From an uncultured Gammaproteobacteria bacterium (lineage in GTDB: Bacteria > Patescibacteriota > Patescibacteriia > Patescibacteriales > UBA12465), in contig CAYTRX010000003.1 of assembly GCA_964440365.1 (NCBI GenBank), positions 1 through 43,128 on the forward strand: 43,128 bases of DNA, read 5' to 3'. Positions 16,759-25,326 of the stretch are shown here, piece by piece; the stretch's first letter is position 1, and each line of letters starts with the position of its first letter. The notes beneath the pieces are model-generated. The model saw nothing but the letters and a program-made list of their open reading frames with translations, searched no databases and was not told where the DNA came from. The translations under genes were made by a program, and so were the position numbers.

Positions 16759-17688
16759 ATGAGAGTACTTCTAACAATAATTTTTTATTCTTTTTATTTA
16801 CTTTTTCCTTTAATTATTTTTCTTTTTCTGGTTTTATGGCGACAAAAAGAAAAATCAATTGAATTAATTTTTTTAATAATTTTTTTTCTTTTTTTATTAT
16901 GGGCTCGTTTTGCCGAACCACATATTTTAAGAGTAAAAAAATATAATTTTTTTACTTCTTCGACATTAAACGAAGAAGAGAGAGAAAAAAAATCTTTAAA
17001 AATTGTTGTTTTTTCTGATTTACATGTTGGTGTTTTTCGTCAGCCTCGAAAAATAGAGCGAGTAGTAAACAAGGTTAATAAGTTAAAACCAGATTTAGTT
17101 TTAATTCCAGGTGATTTTGTTTATTATTCTCGAGTTGAAGATTTAGAAGAGCAATTATCTGCTTTAGCCAAATTAGAAGCTCCGGCCGTAGCTGTTTTAG
17201 GTAATCATGATTATGGTAAAAAGAAAAAGGATTTATCAAGAAATATTAGTTCCGTTTTAGAAGCTAAAGGTGTTTTAATGTTGGATAATAAAATAAAGCA
17301 ATTATTTATTAAAAATCAAAAAATAGAAATAATTGGTTTGGCTGATATTTGGGCAGCTGAGCCTGATTATAGTATTTTACAAGAAACATCTGCTGATGCT
17401 GATTTAAGCTTAATTCTCGCTCATAATCCAGATACTGCTTATAAGATTTTGCAAGAAGAGGGGATTGAAGCTCACTATGACTTAATGATTTCCGGTCATA
17501 CTCATGCTGGTCAAATTAGATTTCCTTTCTTATACAAGCACCTGATTCCTAGTCGTTATGGTTTTGACCAAGGTTTTTATAAAGTATCCGGTCGTGATGT
17601 TTTTGTTAGTGGCGGAATAGGGAATTCGGCTCTACCTTTACGTCTGTTTATTTTCCCTGAAATTAGCTTGATAAATATTGACTTTTAG
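16759..17688 (+). CDS. Membrane-anchored metallophosphoesterase (YkuE/calcineurin-like)
   Basis: FSDLHVG, GDFV, GNHD and GHTHAGQ motifs after two N-terminal TM helices. Confidence 0.8.
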   Translation: MRVLLTIIFYSFYLLFPLIIFLFLVLWRQKEKSIELIFLIIFFLFLLWARFAEPHILRVKKYNFFTSSTLNEEEREKKSLKIVVFSDLHVGVFRQPRKIERVVNKVNKLKPDLVLIPGDFVYYSRVEDLEEQLSALAKLEAPAVAVLGNHDYGKKKKDLSRNISSVLEAKGVLMLDNKIKQLFIKNQKIEIIGLADIWAAEPDYSILQETSADADLSLILAHNPDTAYKILQEEGIEAHYDLMISGHTHAGQIRFPFLYKHLIPSRYGFDQGFYKVSGRDVFVSGGIGNSALPLRLFIFPEISLINIDF

Positions 17689-17730
17689 TATTAATAATTT
17701 CTTTATATTTTTATAATTAATAAAAATAAT

Positions 17731-17931
17731 ATGCCCACTTCAACAAAAAATAAATTTAATGATTTTAATAAGCTTTATAGTTTATCAAAAACCTTAAGAT
17801 TTGAACTAAAACCAATTGGAAAAACTAGAGAAAATATAGAAAAAAATAACCCCAGTTTTATTAAAGATAAAGAAATTAAAGAAGCTTATCAAATTTTAAA
17901 AGAAGAAGAACCCTTAGTCTTTTTTTCTTAA
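17731..17931 (+). pseudogene. cas12a: cas12a (cpf1) N-terminal stump, 66 codons
   Basis: [31 protein letters not shown] is the hallmark Cas12a N-terminus (compare FnCas12a [26 protein letters not shown]). Similarity ends near codon 57, and a stop follows 9 codons later. No other frame continues the protein. Confidence 0.8.
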
Positions 17932-18110
17932 AAAGAGAAGGCTCTTTAACAATAATTATTTTAAATCAAAAGTATAAGTCACTATGTTGGTTATTATTGG
18001 TTTTTCAAAACCTCAGTCCTTATTTTTTAAAATCTCGCTATAATGGGCCTAAAGTCATGAAGCTTCATGCTCATTTGTATCTTTTCGTGCCTATTATAGC
18101 GGGATTGACT

Positions 18111-18269
18111 ATCTATAACCACTATAAGATTTCTACTTTTGTAGATATTCCTAGCTTGGAGCATATCTCTTATCTATAACCACTATAAGATTTCTACTTT
18201 TGTAGATATTCTTTTATACCATTATGGGTATATATCTATAACCACTATAAGATTTCTACTTTTGTAAAT
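18111..18269 (+). CRISPR. Type V-A mini CRISPR array: 3 repeats of 36 nt, 2 spacers
   Basis: The repeat is ATCTATAACCACTATAAGATTTCTACTTTTGTAGAT, found at 18111-18146, 18172-18207 and 18234-18269. The third copy has a G-to-A change (GTAAAT). The 3' end TCTACTTTTGTAGAT is the Cas12a crRNA handle hairpin. Spacers are 25 nt (18147-18171) and 26 nt (18208-18233). Confidence 0.85.
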
Positions 18270-18281
18270 ATAAATTAAATT

Positions 18282-18309
18282 AGATATTAGATTAAATATC
18301 TTTTTTTTG
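18282..18309 (+). terminator. Rho-independent terminator directly after the array
   Basis: AGATATT/AATATCT stem with a 6-nt loop, followed by 8 T. Confidence 0.55.
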
Positions 18310-18350
18310 TTATAATATAACATAAACAATTTAGATAAATTTAAATAAAA

Positions 18351-20405
18351 ATGAGGCAAAATGTCAGAAAAATACTTATATTTGCTATATTTCTCGCAGT
18401 TTTTTTTGTTTTTCCCAACTCTTCGGCTTTAAGCAGAAAAACTGAATTTCCTAAAATAGCTAATTATTTTCTCAAATGGACCATTGAAGATCACGAAGTG
18501 CCCGCTTTAGCCAAGTGGGATCTTTTAGTTTTGGATATGGAAGTGCAGGAAAATAGTCGAGAAAATCTAAAAAAAATCCGCCAATTAAATCCTAAAATTA
18601 TTATTCTGGCTTATATCACTTCACAAGAAGCTAATGCTGATATCTATAATAGCCCTTGGAGTTCTAAGGCTACTTTAAGAAAAAAATTGATTAATAATAT
18701 TGATGATTCTTGGTGGTTAAAAGATAACAATAATACTCGAATTAGTTTTTGGCCGGGAACCAATATGCTTAATTTAAGTAATTATGCCGGAGTTAATAAT
18801 CAGGGAAAACGATGGAATGATTTTTTGCCGGAATTTGTTAAAAATGAAATTATTTCTACTGGTCTTTGGGATGGTGTTATGTATGATAATATTTGGGGCG
18901 ATATTGTTTGGGTAGATAATAAAATTAGTATTGATGGTAGCGGACAAATTAAATCAATTAACAAAACAAATACTGCTTGGGCTAATGGAGTAAAAAAAAT
19001 GCTAATAAAAACTCGACAATTATTTGGACCAAATTATTTAATTTTAGCTAATGGTCGAGTTCATTTAGCTTATCAAGACGCTTTAAATGGAGTTTTATTT
19101 GAAAGTTTTCCTGCTGAATGGGAAAGTAGTGGTGATTGGGGGAAGATTTTAACAACTTATTCTGATATCCAAAAAGTAAATCAAAGTCCTCAAGCTAGTA
19201 TTATTAATTCTTCTGATTCTAGCCAATATAGTTATCAAAAAGTCCGCTTTGGTTTAGGGAGCGCTTTACTCGGAAATACATCTTATTTTTCTTTTGATTT
19301 TGGTCCCAGCGATCATAGCCAAACTTGGTGGTATGACGAATATGATGTTAATTTAGGAAAAGCACAATCCGCTCCCTATAATTTATTAGATAAAAATAAT
19401 TCTTCTTATAAAAAAGGTTTATGGCGACGAGATTTTGAAAAGGGGATTGTGCTTGTTAATTCCACCGATGTTGAACAAACTTATGTTTTTAAAAATGAAG
19501 AATTTGAAAGATTGAATGGCAGTCAAGATCGCAGCGTTAATAATGGTTCAGTAATCAACTTTATTAAAATGCGGCCTAATGATGGCGTAATTTTATTTAA
19601 AAAGAATTCAATTGTCAGCACTATTAAAAATAGTAGCTTTAATAATGGTGATTTTATTCGTGTTTTTGACTACGAAGGTCGGCAAACTCGAAGCAGTTTC
19701 TTTGCTTATTTAGAAAACTTTCCTGTTAATTCTCAAATTTTAATTAGTGATATTGATGATGATGGTTATGATGAAACCTTGGTTAATAGTAAGGGAATTA
19801 TCAGTATTTATAAAAATGGTGTAAAAATTAATGAATTTAAACCTTACGATGGACTTTTTAAAGGCGAAATTTCTTTTGCGGTAGCTGATTTAAATGATGA
19901 TGGCACCAAAGAAATAATCACTGGAGCCGGGCAGGGAGGTGGTCCACATGTCAGAATTTTCTCTAAAGAAGGCCGATTATTAACCGGAGGGTTTTTTGCT
20001 TATGATCAAAATTTTAGAGGCGGGGTTCGGGTAGCGGTAATGGATCTTGATGGTGATGGCAATAAAGAGGTTATTACGGCCGCTGGTTTAGGTGGTGGTC
20101 CACATATCAGGGTTTTTGATAAAGATGGTCGACCTTTGACTGGGGGATTTTTTGCTTATGAACAAAATTTTAGAGGAGGTGTTTCTTTAGCTACTGGAGA
20201 TGTTAATGGTGATGGCGAACGAGAAATTATTACCGCTCCTGGTCAAGGAATGCGTCCTGAAATAAAAATATTTACTAAGGATGGGAAATTTTTAAAATCA
20301 TTTTTGGCTTACGAAAGCAGTTTTACCTCTGGTCTCAGAGTAATGAGCGATGATCTAGGATCTGATGGCATTTTTGAAATTTTAAGCGGAACCATTAGTT
20401 TTTAA
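18351..20405 (+). CDS. Secreted protein with C-terminal FG-GAP/VCBS-like repeats; N-terminal domain possibly glycoside-hydrolase-like
   Basis: Signal peptide (ILIFAIFLAVFFVFPNSSA). Repeated D-x-[DN]-x-D-G...E-[IV]-I-T and GGGPH-[IV]-R-[IV]-F units in the last ~250 aa. Assignment of the N-terminal domain is tentative. Confidence 0.7.
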   Translation: MRQNVRKILIFAIFLAVFFVFPNSSALSRKTEFPKIANYFLKWTIEDHEVPALAKWDLLVLDMEVQENSRENLKKIRQLNPKIIILAYITSQEANADIYNSPWSSKATLRKKLINNIDDSWWLKDNNNTRISFWPGTNMLNLSNYAGVNNQGKRWNDFLPEFVKNEIISTGLWDGVMYDNIWGDIVWVDNKISIDGSGQIKSINKTNTAWANGVKKMLIKTRQLFGPNYLILANGRVHLAYQDALNGVLFESFPAEWESSGDWGKILTTYSDIQKVNQSPQASIINSSDSSQYSYQKVRFGLGSALLGNTSYFSFDFGPSDHSQTWWYDEYDVNLGKAQSAPYNLLDKNNSSYKKGLWRRDFEKGIVLVNSTDVEQTYVFKNEEFERLNGSQDRSVNNGSVINFIKMRPNDGVILFKKNSIVSTIKNSSFNNGDFIRVFDYEGRQTRSSFFAYLENFPVNSQILISDIDDDGYDETLVNSKGIISIYKNGVKINEFKPYDGLFKGEISFAVADLNDDGTKEIITGAGQGGGPHVRIFSKEGRLLTGGFFAYDQNFRGGVRVAVMDLDGDGNKEVITAAGLGGGPHIRVFDKDGRPLTGGFFAYEQNFRGGVSLATGDVNGDGEREIITAPGQGMRPEIKIFTKDGKFLKSFLAYESSFTSGLRVMSDDLGSDGIFEILSGTISF
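19935..20246 (+). repeat. Two tandem 156-nt (52-codon) in-frame coding repeats (FG-GAP units)
   Basis: Unit GGGPHVRIFSKEGRLLTGGFFAYDQNFRGGVRVAVMDLDGDGNKEVITAAGL versus GGGPHIRVFDKDGRPLTGGFFAYEQNFRGGVSLATGDVNGDGEREIITAPGQ. More diverged units flank them. Confidence 0.8.
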
Positions 20406-20456
20406 TTGCCTTTTGGGTATAAATTTATTATAATTAAGATATAATTTAATAAAAAT

Positions 20457-22256
20457 ATGAAAAATAAAGAAGATAATTTTATTATTGAAAGCGAAGAAAA
20501 AGATTCTCCGGCTGTTAGCATTAGTCCAGAGAAATTAGAAGTAAAAAAACACGGAAGCTTGGTTGTCGGAACTCTAAATCTAGCTCTTAATCCGCTTAAA
20601 AAACGTAATGAAATGTATTATCGAGGTAATCCTTGGTATTTAGTGGTTGATATTGTTATTCTTTTTCTTTTAGCCGCCTTGGCTTTATTTATTTTTTTTA
20701 ATACCAATTGGGGACCAGCTAAAAGGGTCGAGCTTTCTCTTAATACCAGTTCGGAAAACATTTCTTCTGGTTCTTCGCTTTCTTTAGATTTAAATTATCA
20801 TTCTTATGTTGAAGCTGAGGACGCAATGCTTTATCTAAGTTTGCCCGATAATTTTATCATTGAATCAGTTCAACCAGCCAATCTTTTTTTACCAGAAAAA
20901 AATGCTTTTAATTTAGCTCATATTGAAGATGGCATGCACGGTAAAATAAAAATTAATGGTTTAGTTTGGGGTGATTCTTCACAACAAAAAATTAAATTTA
21001 ATCTTAGATGCTCCTCTTGTGGTAAAAATGGCGTTTCTAATACTTTTTTACTCAATATTGATCAAAAAGCACTGGATGTTAAGATTGAAACTGATAATAA
21101 AGTTTATGCCAACAGCGAATTTGAGGGGCAAATTATCCTAAAAAACAATACTAATAATGATTTAAATGATGTTTACCTTGATCTTGGGCCCGATATTGAA
21201 TTACGACAAAGCGATAAAAGCATCATTGATCATAAAATAAAAATTGACCATTTAAGACCAGGGGAAGAAAGTAAATTTTCCTTCTTCGCTCTTACTACAA
21301 AAAATGACATTTTTAAAATTCAGAGCAATTTTAATTTAAAAATCAAAGATAATGAATTTTCTTTTTCTGGAAAAGAAAAGGAGGTTGCGATCAAAGAAGC
21401 TGATTTAAATTTAGAAATAAAAAGCAATGCGAAGAATGTTGATAATGGTGAAAAAATTAATTATTCTTTGTCCTACGAAAACAAGGGCGAAGAGGCAAAA
21501 AATTTAATTATTAAATTATCATCAAATAATCCTAATTTCTCCTTAACTTCTTTGCAGGCTGGCAATTTAAGCGATGGATTCAGATTAGAAGGTAATAATA
21601 TTTTGATTGACACTTTAAAAGCTAAGGAAAGTGGTCAAATTAATTTAAGTGCAAGTTATAAACAACATCGATTTTTAAGCAATCAGGAACTAGCCTTAAA
21701 AGCTGAGCTTTCTTATCAATCAGGTGAACAACAGGTAAAACATAATTTTATTTCCAATAAAAATAGACTTAATTCTCAGGTTTCAGTTTCTGCTTCTGCT
21801 TATTATTATAGCCCACAAGGCGATCAATTGGGTGTTGGGCCATTACCACCAGCTGTCAATATGAGCACTAAATATTGGGTGCTTTTGGAATTAAATCTTT
21901 TAGGCAATGATTTGGACAATGTTTCTCTTAGTGCTGAATTAGCTAAAAATGTTTCTTTTTCTGATAATAAAAGAGTTTTAAATGGTGATTTAAAATATGG
22001 TGAAATTGGCAAACGTTTAATCTGGGAACTAGGCTCAATAAGTGGTCCCAGCAATAAATACCGAGCTAATTTTGAAATCAGCTTAAGCCCTGATGAGCAG
22101 GATTTAGGTAAAGTTTTAAATCTTTTAGAGAAAATTGAATTAAGGGCTCACGATAAATTTACTGGGGAAGAAATAAATTTAAATATAGCTAATATTGATA
22201 CTAATTTAAAAAACGATAAACTCTCCTCGGGTAAGGGGCAAGTTGTTAGTTTCTAA
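20457..22256 (+). CDS. Hypothetical membrane-anchored surface protein with repeated beta-rich domains
   Basis: Cytoplasmic N-terminus, one TM helix (YLVVDIVILFLLAALALFIFF), then about 500 aa of beta-rich sequence. No catalytic motif recognised. Confidence 0.65.
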   Translation: MKNKEDNFIIESEEKDSPAVSISPEKLEVKKHGSLVVGTLNLALNPLKKRNEMYYRGNPWYLVVDIVILFLLAALALFIFFNTNWGPAKRVELSLNTSSENISSGSSLSLDLNYHSYVEAEDAMLYLSLPDNFIIESVQPANLFLPEKNAFNLAHIEDGMHGKIKINGLVWGDSSQQKIKFNLRCSSCGKNGVSNTFLLNIDQKALDVKIETDNKVYANSEFEGQIILKNNTNNDLNDVYLDLGPDIELRQSDKSIIDHKIKIDHLRPGEESKFSFFALTTKNDIFKIQSNFNLKIKDNEFSFSGKEKEVAIKEADLNLEIKSNAKNVDNGEKINYSLSYENKGEEAKNLIIKLSSNNPNFSLTSLQAGNLSDGFRLEGNNILIDTLKAKESGQINLSASYKQHRFLSNQELALKAELSYQSGEQQVKHNFISNKNRLNSQVSVSASAYYYSPQGDQLGVGPLPPAVNMSTKYWVLLELNLLGNDLDNVSLSAELAKNVSFSDNKRVLNGDLKYGEIGKRLIWELGSISGPSNKYRANFEISLSPDEQDLGKVLNLLEKIELRAHDKFTGEEINLNIANIDTNLKNDKLSSGKGQVVSF

Positions 22257-22262
22257 ATATTT

Positions 22263-23429
22263 ATGATTGATTTTTTGCGAAAAATGAGAAAGGCTAAGTA
22301 TCAAACCTTAAATAATTTGGAGATTATTGAGGAAAATATTTTACATAATATCAACTTTCTTTATTCACTACAAAAACAAGCCGAAATGTTTCCGGTGCTT
22401 AAATCAAATGCCTATGGTCATGGATTGAAGGAATTGTGTCAAATTTTGAATAAAAGTCAAATTAAAATGGTAGCAGTTGATTCTTATCCAGAAGCTCAAA
22501 TAGTTTATAAATATTTTAAAGGTAAGGTTTTGTTTTTAAACGAAATGCCTCTAAAAGTTTATCGTTATACCAAAAAGAAACGTAGCGAATTTGTTGTTTA
22601 TAATCTAGAAACCCTAAAATATCTCTCTCGTTATCGAAAAAAAGCTAAAATTCATCTCTTTTTAAATACTGGCATGAATCGAGAAGGCATTTCTGATTTA
22701 AAAATATTTCTAGAAAAGGGCTTAAAATATCTAAATAAAGTTGATATTACCGGTTTTTGTTCACATTTAGCTGAAGCTAATTCACTTGATTCCAGCATGA
22801 ATATCGAACAAGAAAAACGTTTTATGCAAGGTTTAGACTTATTACGTGAATATAAAATATTTCCTAAATGGCTTCATTTGGGGGCTTCGGCTGCTGTTTT
22901 TACATTAGATAATAAGAATTTAAGTGCTTTTCGCCCTGGATTAGCTCTTTATGGTTATTCGCCCTTTCCAGAAGACCATAATTTTAGCGCTCTAGCTCAA
23001 AAAGAATTAAAACCAGCTTTAAGAATATATTCTCAAATTATATCTGTACAAAAAATCAGAACAGGAGATTGGGTTTCTTATGCTGATACTTTTCGGGCTG
23101 AAAATGATTTTGATTTAGCAGTAATTCCCTTCGGCTATTTTGAAGGTTTAAATCGTAGATTGTCCAATAAAGCCAAATTTTTCTTAGAAAGCCAAAAAAA
23201 GAATCAAGAAAGCTTATGGCTACCACTACGAGGCTTGGTTTGTATGAATATGACTTGTTTAGATGCTGGTTTAGGCAAAACTGATCATTTATTGGGGGCA
23301 AAAATTCAACTTATTTCTGATTTAAAAGACCGGGAAAACTCTTTAGAAAATTTGGCTAAATTAAGCGAAATGAGCCCTTATGAATTTTTAGTAAAAATAA
23401 ATCATTCCATTCATAGAAAAATAGTATGA
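22263..23429 (+). CDS. alr: Alanine racemase
   Basis: PLP-lysine motif VLKSNAYGHG near the N-terminus, with typical length and C-terminal beta domain. Confidence 0.85.
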   Translation: MIDFLRKMRKAKYQTLNNLEIIEENILHNINFLYSLQKQAEMFPVLKSNAYGHGLKELCQILNKSQIKMVAVDSYPEAQIVYKYFKGKVLFLNEMPLKVYRYTKKKRSEFVVYNLETLKYLSRYRKKAKIHLFLNTGMNREGISDLKIFLEKGLKYLNKVDITGFCSHLAEANSLDSSMNIEQEKRFMQGLDLLREYKIFPKWLHLGASAAVFTLDNKNLSAFRPGLALYGYSPFPEDHNFSALAQKELKPALRIYSQIISVQKIRTGDWVSYADTFRAENDFDLAVIPFGYFEGLNRRLSNKAKFFLESQKKNQESLWLPLRGLVCMNMTCLDAGLGKTDHLLGAKIQLISDLKDRENSLENLAKLSEMSPYEFLVKINHSIHRKIV

Positions 23430-24514
23430 AAGAAAGATTAAAAAGACGAAACTTAAGTCATCGCAATAAGAGAAGTTTCTCTGGCTCCTTTCGAGCTAAG
23501 AAAAAAAGAAATAAACACAAAATTTTACTATTTATTATTTTAGTATGTTTTTTTATTTTAATTTCTTTTTTAGTCTATCTTTTTTTTATCTCAAATTTTT
23601 TTCATATTAAAGAAATTAAAGTAGAAAATATTATTAATGAAAATACCCAGATTAAAAATTTAAATGAAGATGACTTTATTAAAAATGAAGAATTGAAGGG
23701 TATTATTAAAAAGCAAATTGAGGAGGGAAGAGGTCTTTTACCACAAAAAAATATAGTGTTTTTTAGTAAAAAAAAGCTTAATGAGAGCTTGGGCGACTAT
23801 AATTTTGCTAATATTTCTTTGAAAAAAAATATTTGGCAAAAACGTCTAAGTCTACAAGTTAAGGAGAGGGAAGAGGCCTTATTATATTTAGAAAATGGAA
23901 TTTATTATTTTTTGGATAAATCAGCTGATGTTGTTAAAACCCAAAAATCATGCGAACAAGTAAAATTAGAGACAGAAGAAATAGCTAAGAAAAAAGCTGA
24001 AGAAGAAAACTTAAAACAATTAAATAACTCCGAAAACCAAAGCTCAGAAAATTTGGAAACTGCGGAAAAATTAGTAAAAGAAGATAATTCTCCGCTGATT
24101 TCTTCATCGGAAGATCATTTAGACAATTCAGCTAACATCAATTGCTTGGATCTTAAAAAGGATTTTGGTGAAGGAATTTTTTTACCCTTAGTAGAAAACA
24201 TTTCTGACACTAAACGTCTCAGTGAAAATAAAAAACATGTTAATTTAAGTGAGGAATATTTATCTTTTGTTTTTAATTTATATTCTAGCTTGGGCGGTGA
24301 GTCAGAACTTAATTTTAAAAAAATAATTTTAGATGAAGAATGTGATACCGTTAAACTAAAACTAAATAATAATTTAGATATTTATTTAAGCCTTAAATAT
24401 CCTTTTGAAGAGCAAATATCAAAATTTTTTATTATTAGTCGTGAGCGACCATCAGAATTAGTTGGCAAAAAATATATTGATCTACGTTATGGCGATAAAA
24501 TTTTTTGTTATTAA
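23426..24514 (+). CDS. FtsQ/DivIB-like cell division protein (tentative)
   Basis: Basic N-terminus, one TM helix, then a POTRA-like start (FHIKEIKVEN) and an acidic/coiled insert. ATGA start/stop overlap with alr. Confidence 0.4.
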   Translation: MKERLKRRNLSHRNKRSFSGSFRAKKKRNKHKILLFIILVCFFILISFLVYLFFISNFFHIKEIKVENIINENTQIKNLNEDDFIKNEELKGIIKKQIEEGRGLLPQKNIVFFSKKKLNESLGDYNFANISLKKNIWQKRLSLQVKEREEALLYLENGIYYFLDKSADVVKTQKSCEQVKLETEEIAKKKAEEENLKQLNNSENQSSENLETAEKLVKEDNSPLISSSEDHLDNSANINCLDLKKDFGEGIFLPLVENISDTKRLSENKKHVNLSEEYLSFVFNLYSSLGGESELNFKKIILDEECDTVKLKLNNNLDIYLSLKYPFEEQISKFFIISRERPSELVGKKYIDLRYGDKIFCY

Positions 24515-24553
24515 AATAATTTATTAATATTAAAAATAATTAAATATAAAAAT

Positions 24554-24697
24554 ATGGGAGAGAAAAGTTTTAAATTTATTTTTGGTTTAGCAGTATTTAT
24601 GTTCTGCTTAGTGGTAATTGGAATCTTTTTAATTATTTTAAAGATTATGCTACTCTTTATGCCAGAAATAAATATAATGGGTCTTCGTATTACTTAA
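24554..24697 (+). CDS. Possible 47-aa small membrane protein
   Basis: ATG ORF MGEKSFKFIFGLAVFMFCLVVIGIFLIILKIMLLFMPEINIMGLRIT, below the ORF-track cutoff. One strong hydrophobic helix. No clear SD sequence. Confidence 0.3.
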   Translation: MGEKSFKFIFGLAVFMFCLVVIGIFLIILKIMLLFMPEINIMGLRIT

Positions 24698-25284
24698 AGT
24701 TAAACAAAATATATAGCTTAAAGATAGGCATATAAATCTAAGGAAGATATCTTTTAGGCGTATTAGCATCCTAAAAGAGAGCAAAACATTAATCTCTATA
24801 ATAAAATCCATTAAAATAGCTTATTTTAGTGGATATTAGAAAAAGCTTTACATTATGACTATTATTGTTTATACTAGATATATAAGGTTAATTAATATAC
24901 ATAATGAGAAGTAATATAGTATAAAAAATAAAGCCCCTTAAAGCCCTCCCTAACTTCAATTATCCCTATTTTTATTATATTAATACCTTTAAAGTTATAA
25001 ATTAATTTAATATTAGTAGACCAAAATATCTCTATTATAATTATTATTTTAATTTTGAAAGACTAAAATTTAAATTGTTTTACCTATCTTTACTCATCTT
25101 TTGTCCTAAATTTTAATCTTATTTATTAAGATATAACCCAATTCCCTCCTTAGAAGCTCCTTATACCTTTAAAAAACCTAATTTTATATATTATTTTGCC
25201 TAAATTTAAGTAATTTTTAGAATATAAGAGATATTTTAATAATATTTACAATATAATAGTTAAAATAGCTAAAAAACATCGTTT

Positions 25285-25312
25285 TTAGCCTAAATTTAGC
25301 CAATTATTAGCC
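25285..25312 (+). promoter_or_regulatory. Three TTAGCC hexamers phased at exactly 11 bp
   Basis: Hexamers at 25285-25290, 25296-25301 and 25307-25312. The first two flank the 10-nt palindrome CTAAATTTAG. The set ends 15 nt before the recombinase ATG. Confidence 0.35.
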
Positions 25313-25326
25313 TGTTTATTTAAAAT

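Noticed and set aside
18039-18044. TATAAT at 18039-18044 as the CRISPR leader promoter
   Set aside because: The corresponding -35 (GTCCTT) is poor and -10-like hexamers are frequent in this AT-rich DNA. It is plausible but not supportable from sequence alone.
17997-18179. 60-aa ORF in the track spanning the CRISPR leader and the first two repeats
   Set aside because: It reads straight through the repeat units and spacer 1 and has no RBS. It is an artefact of translating the array.
22263-23429. Alternative genetic code (UGA recoded, as in Gracilibacteria/SR1)
   Set aside because: TGA ends intact, full-length genes (alr at 23427-23429, the lipoprotein gene at 35426-35428), and all housekeeping ORFs are complete under the standard code.
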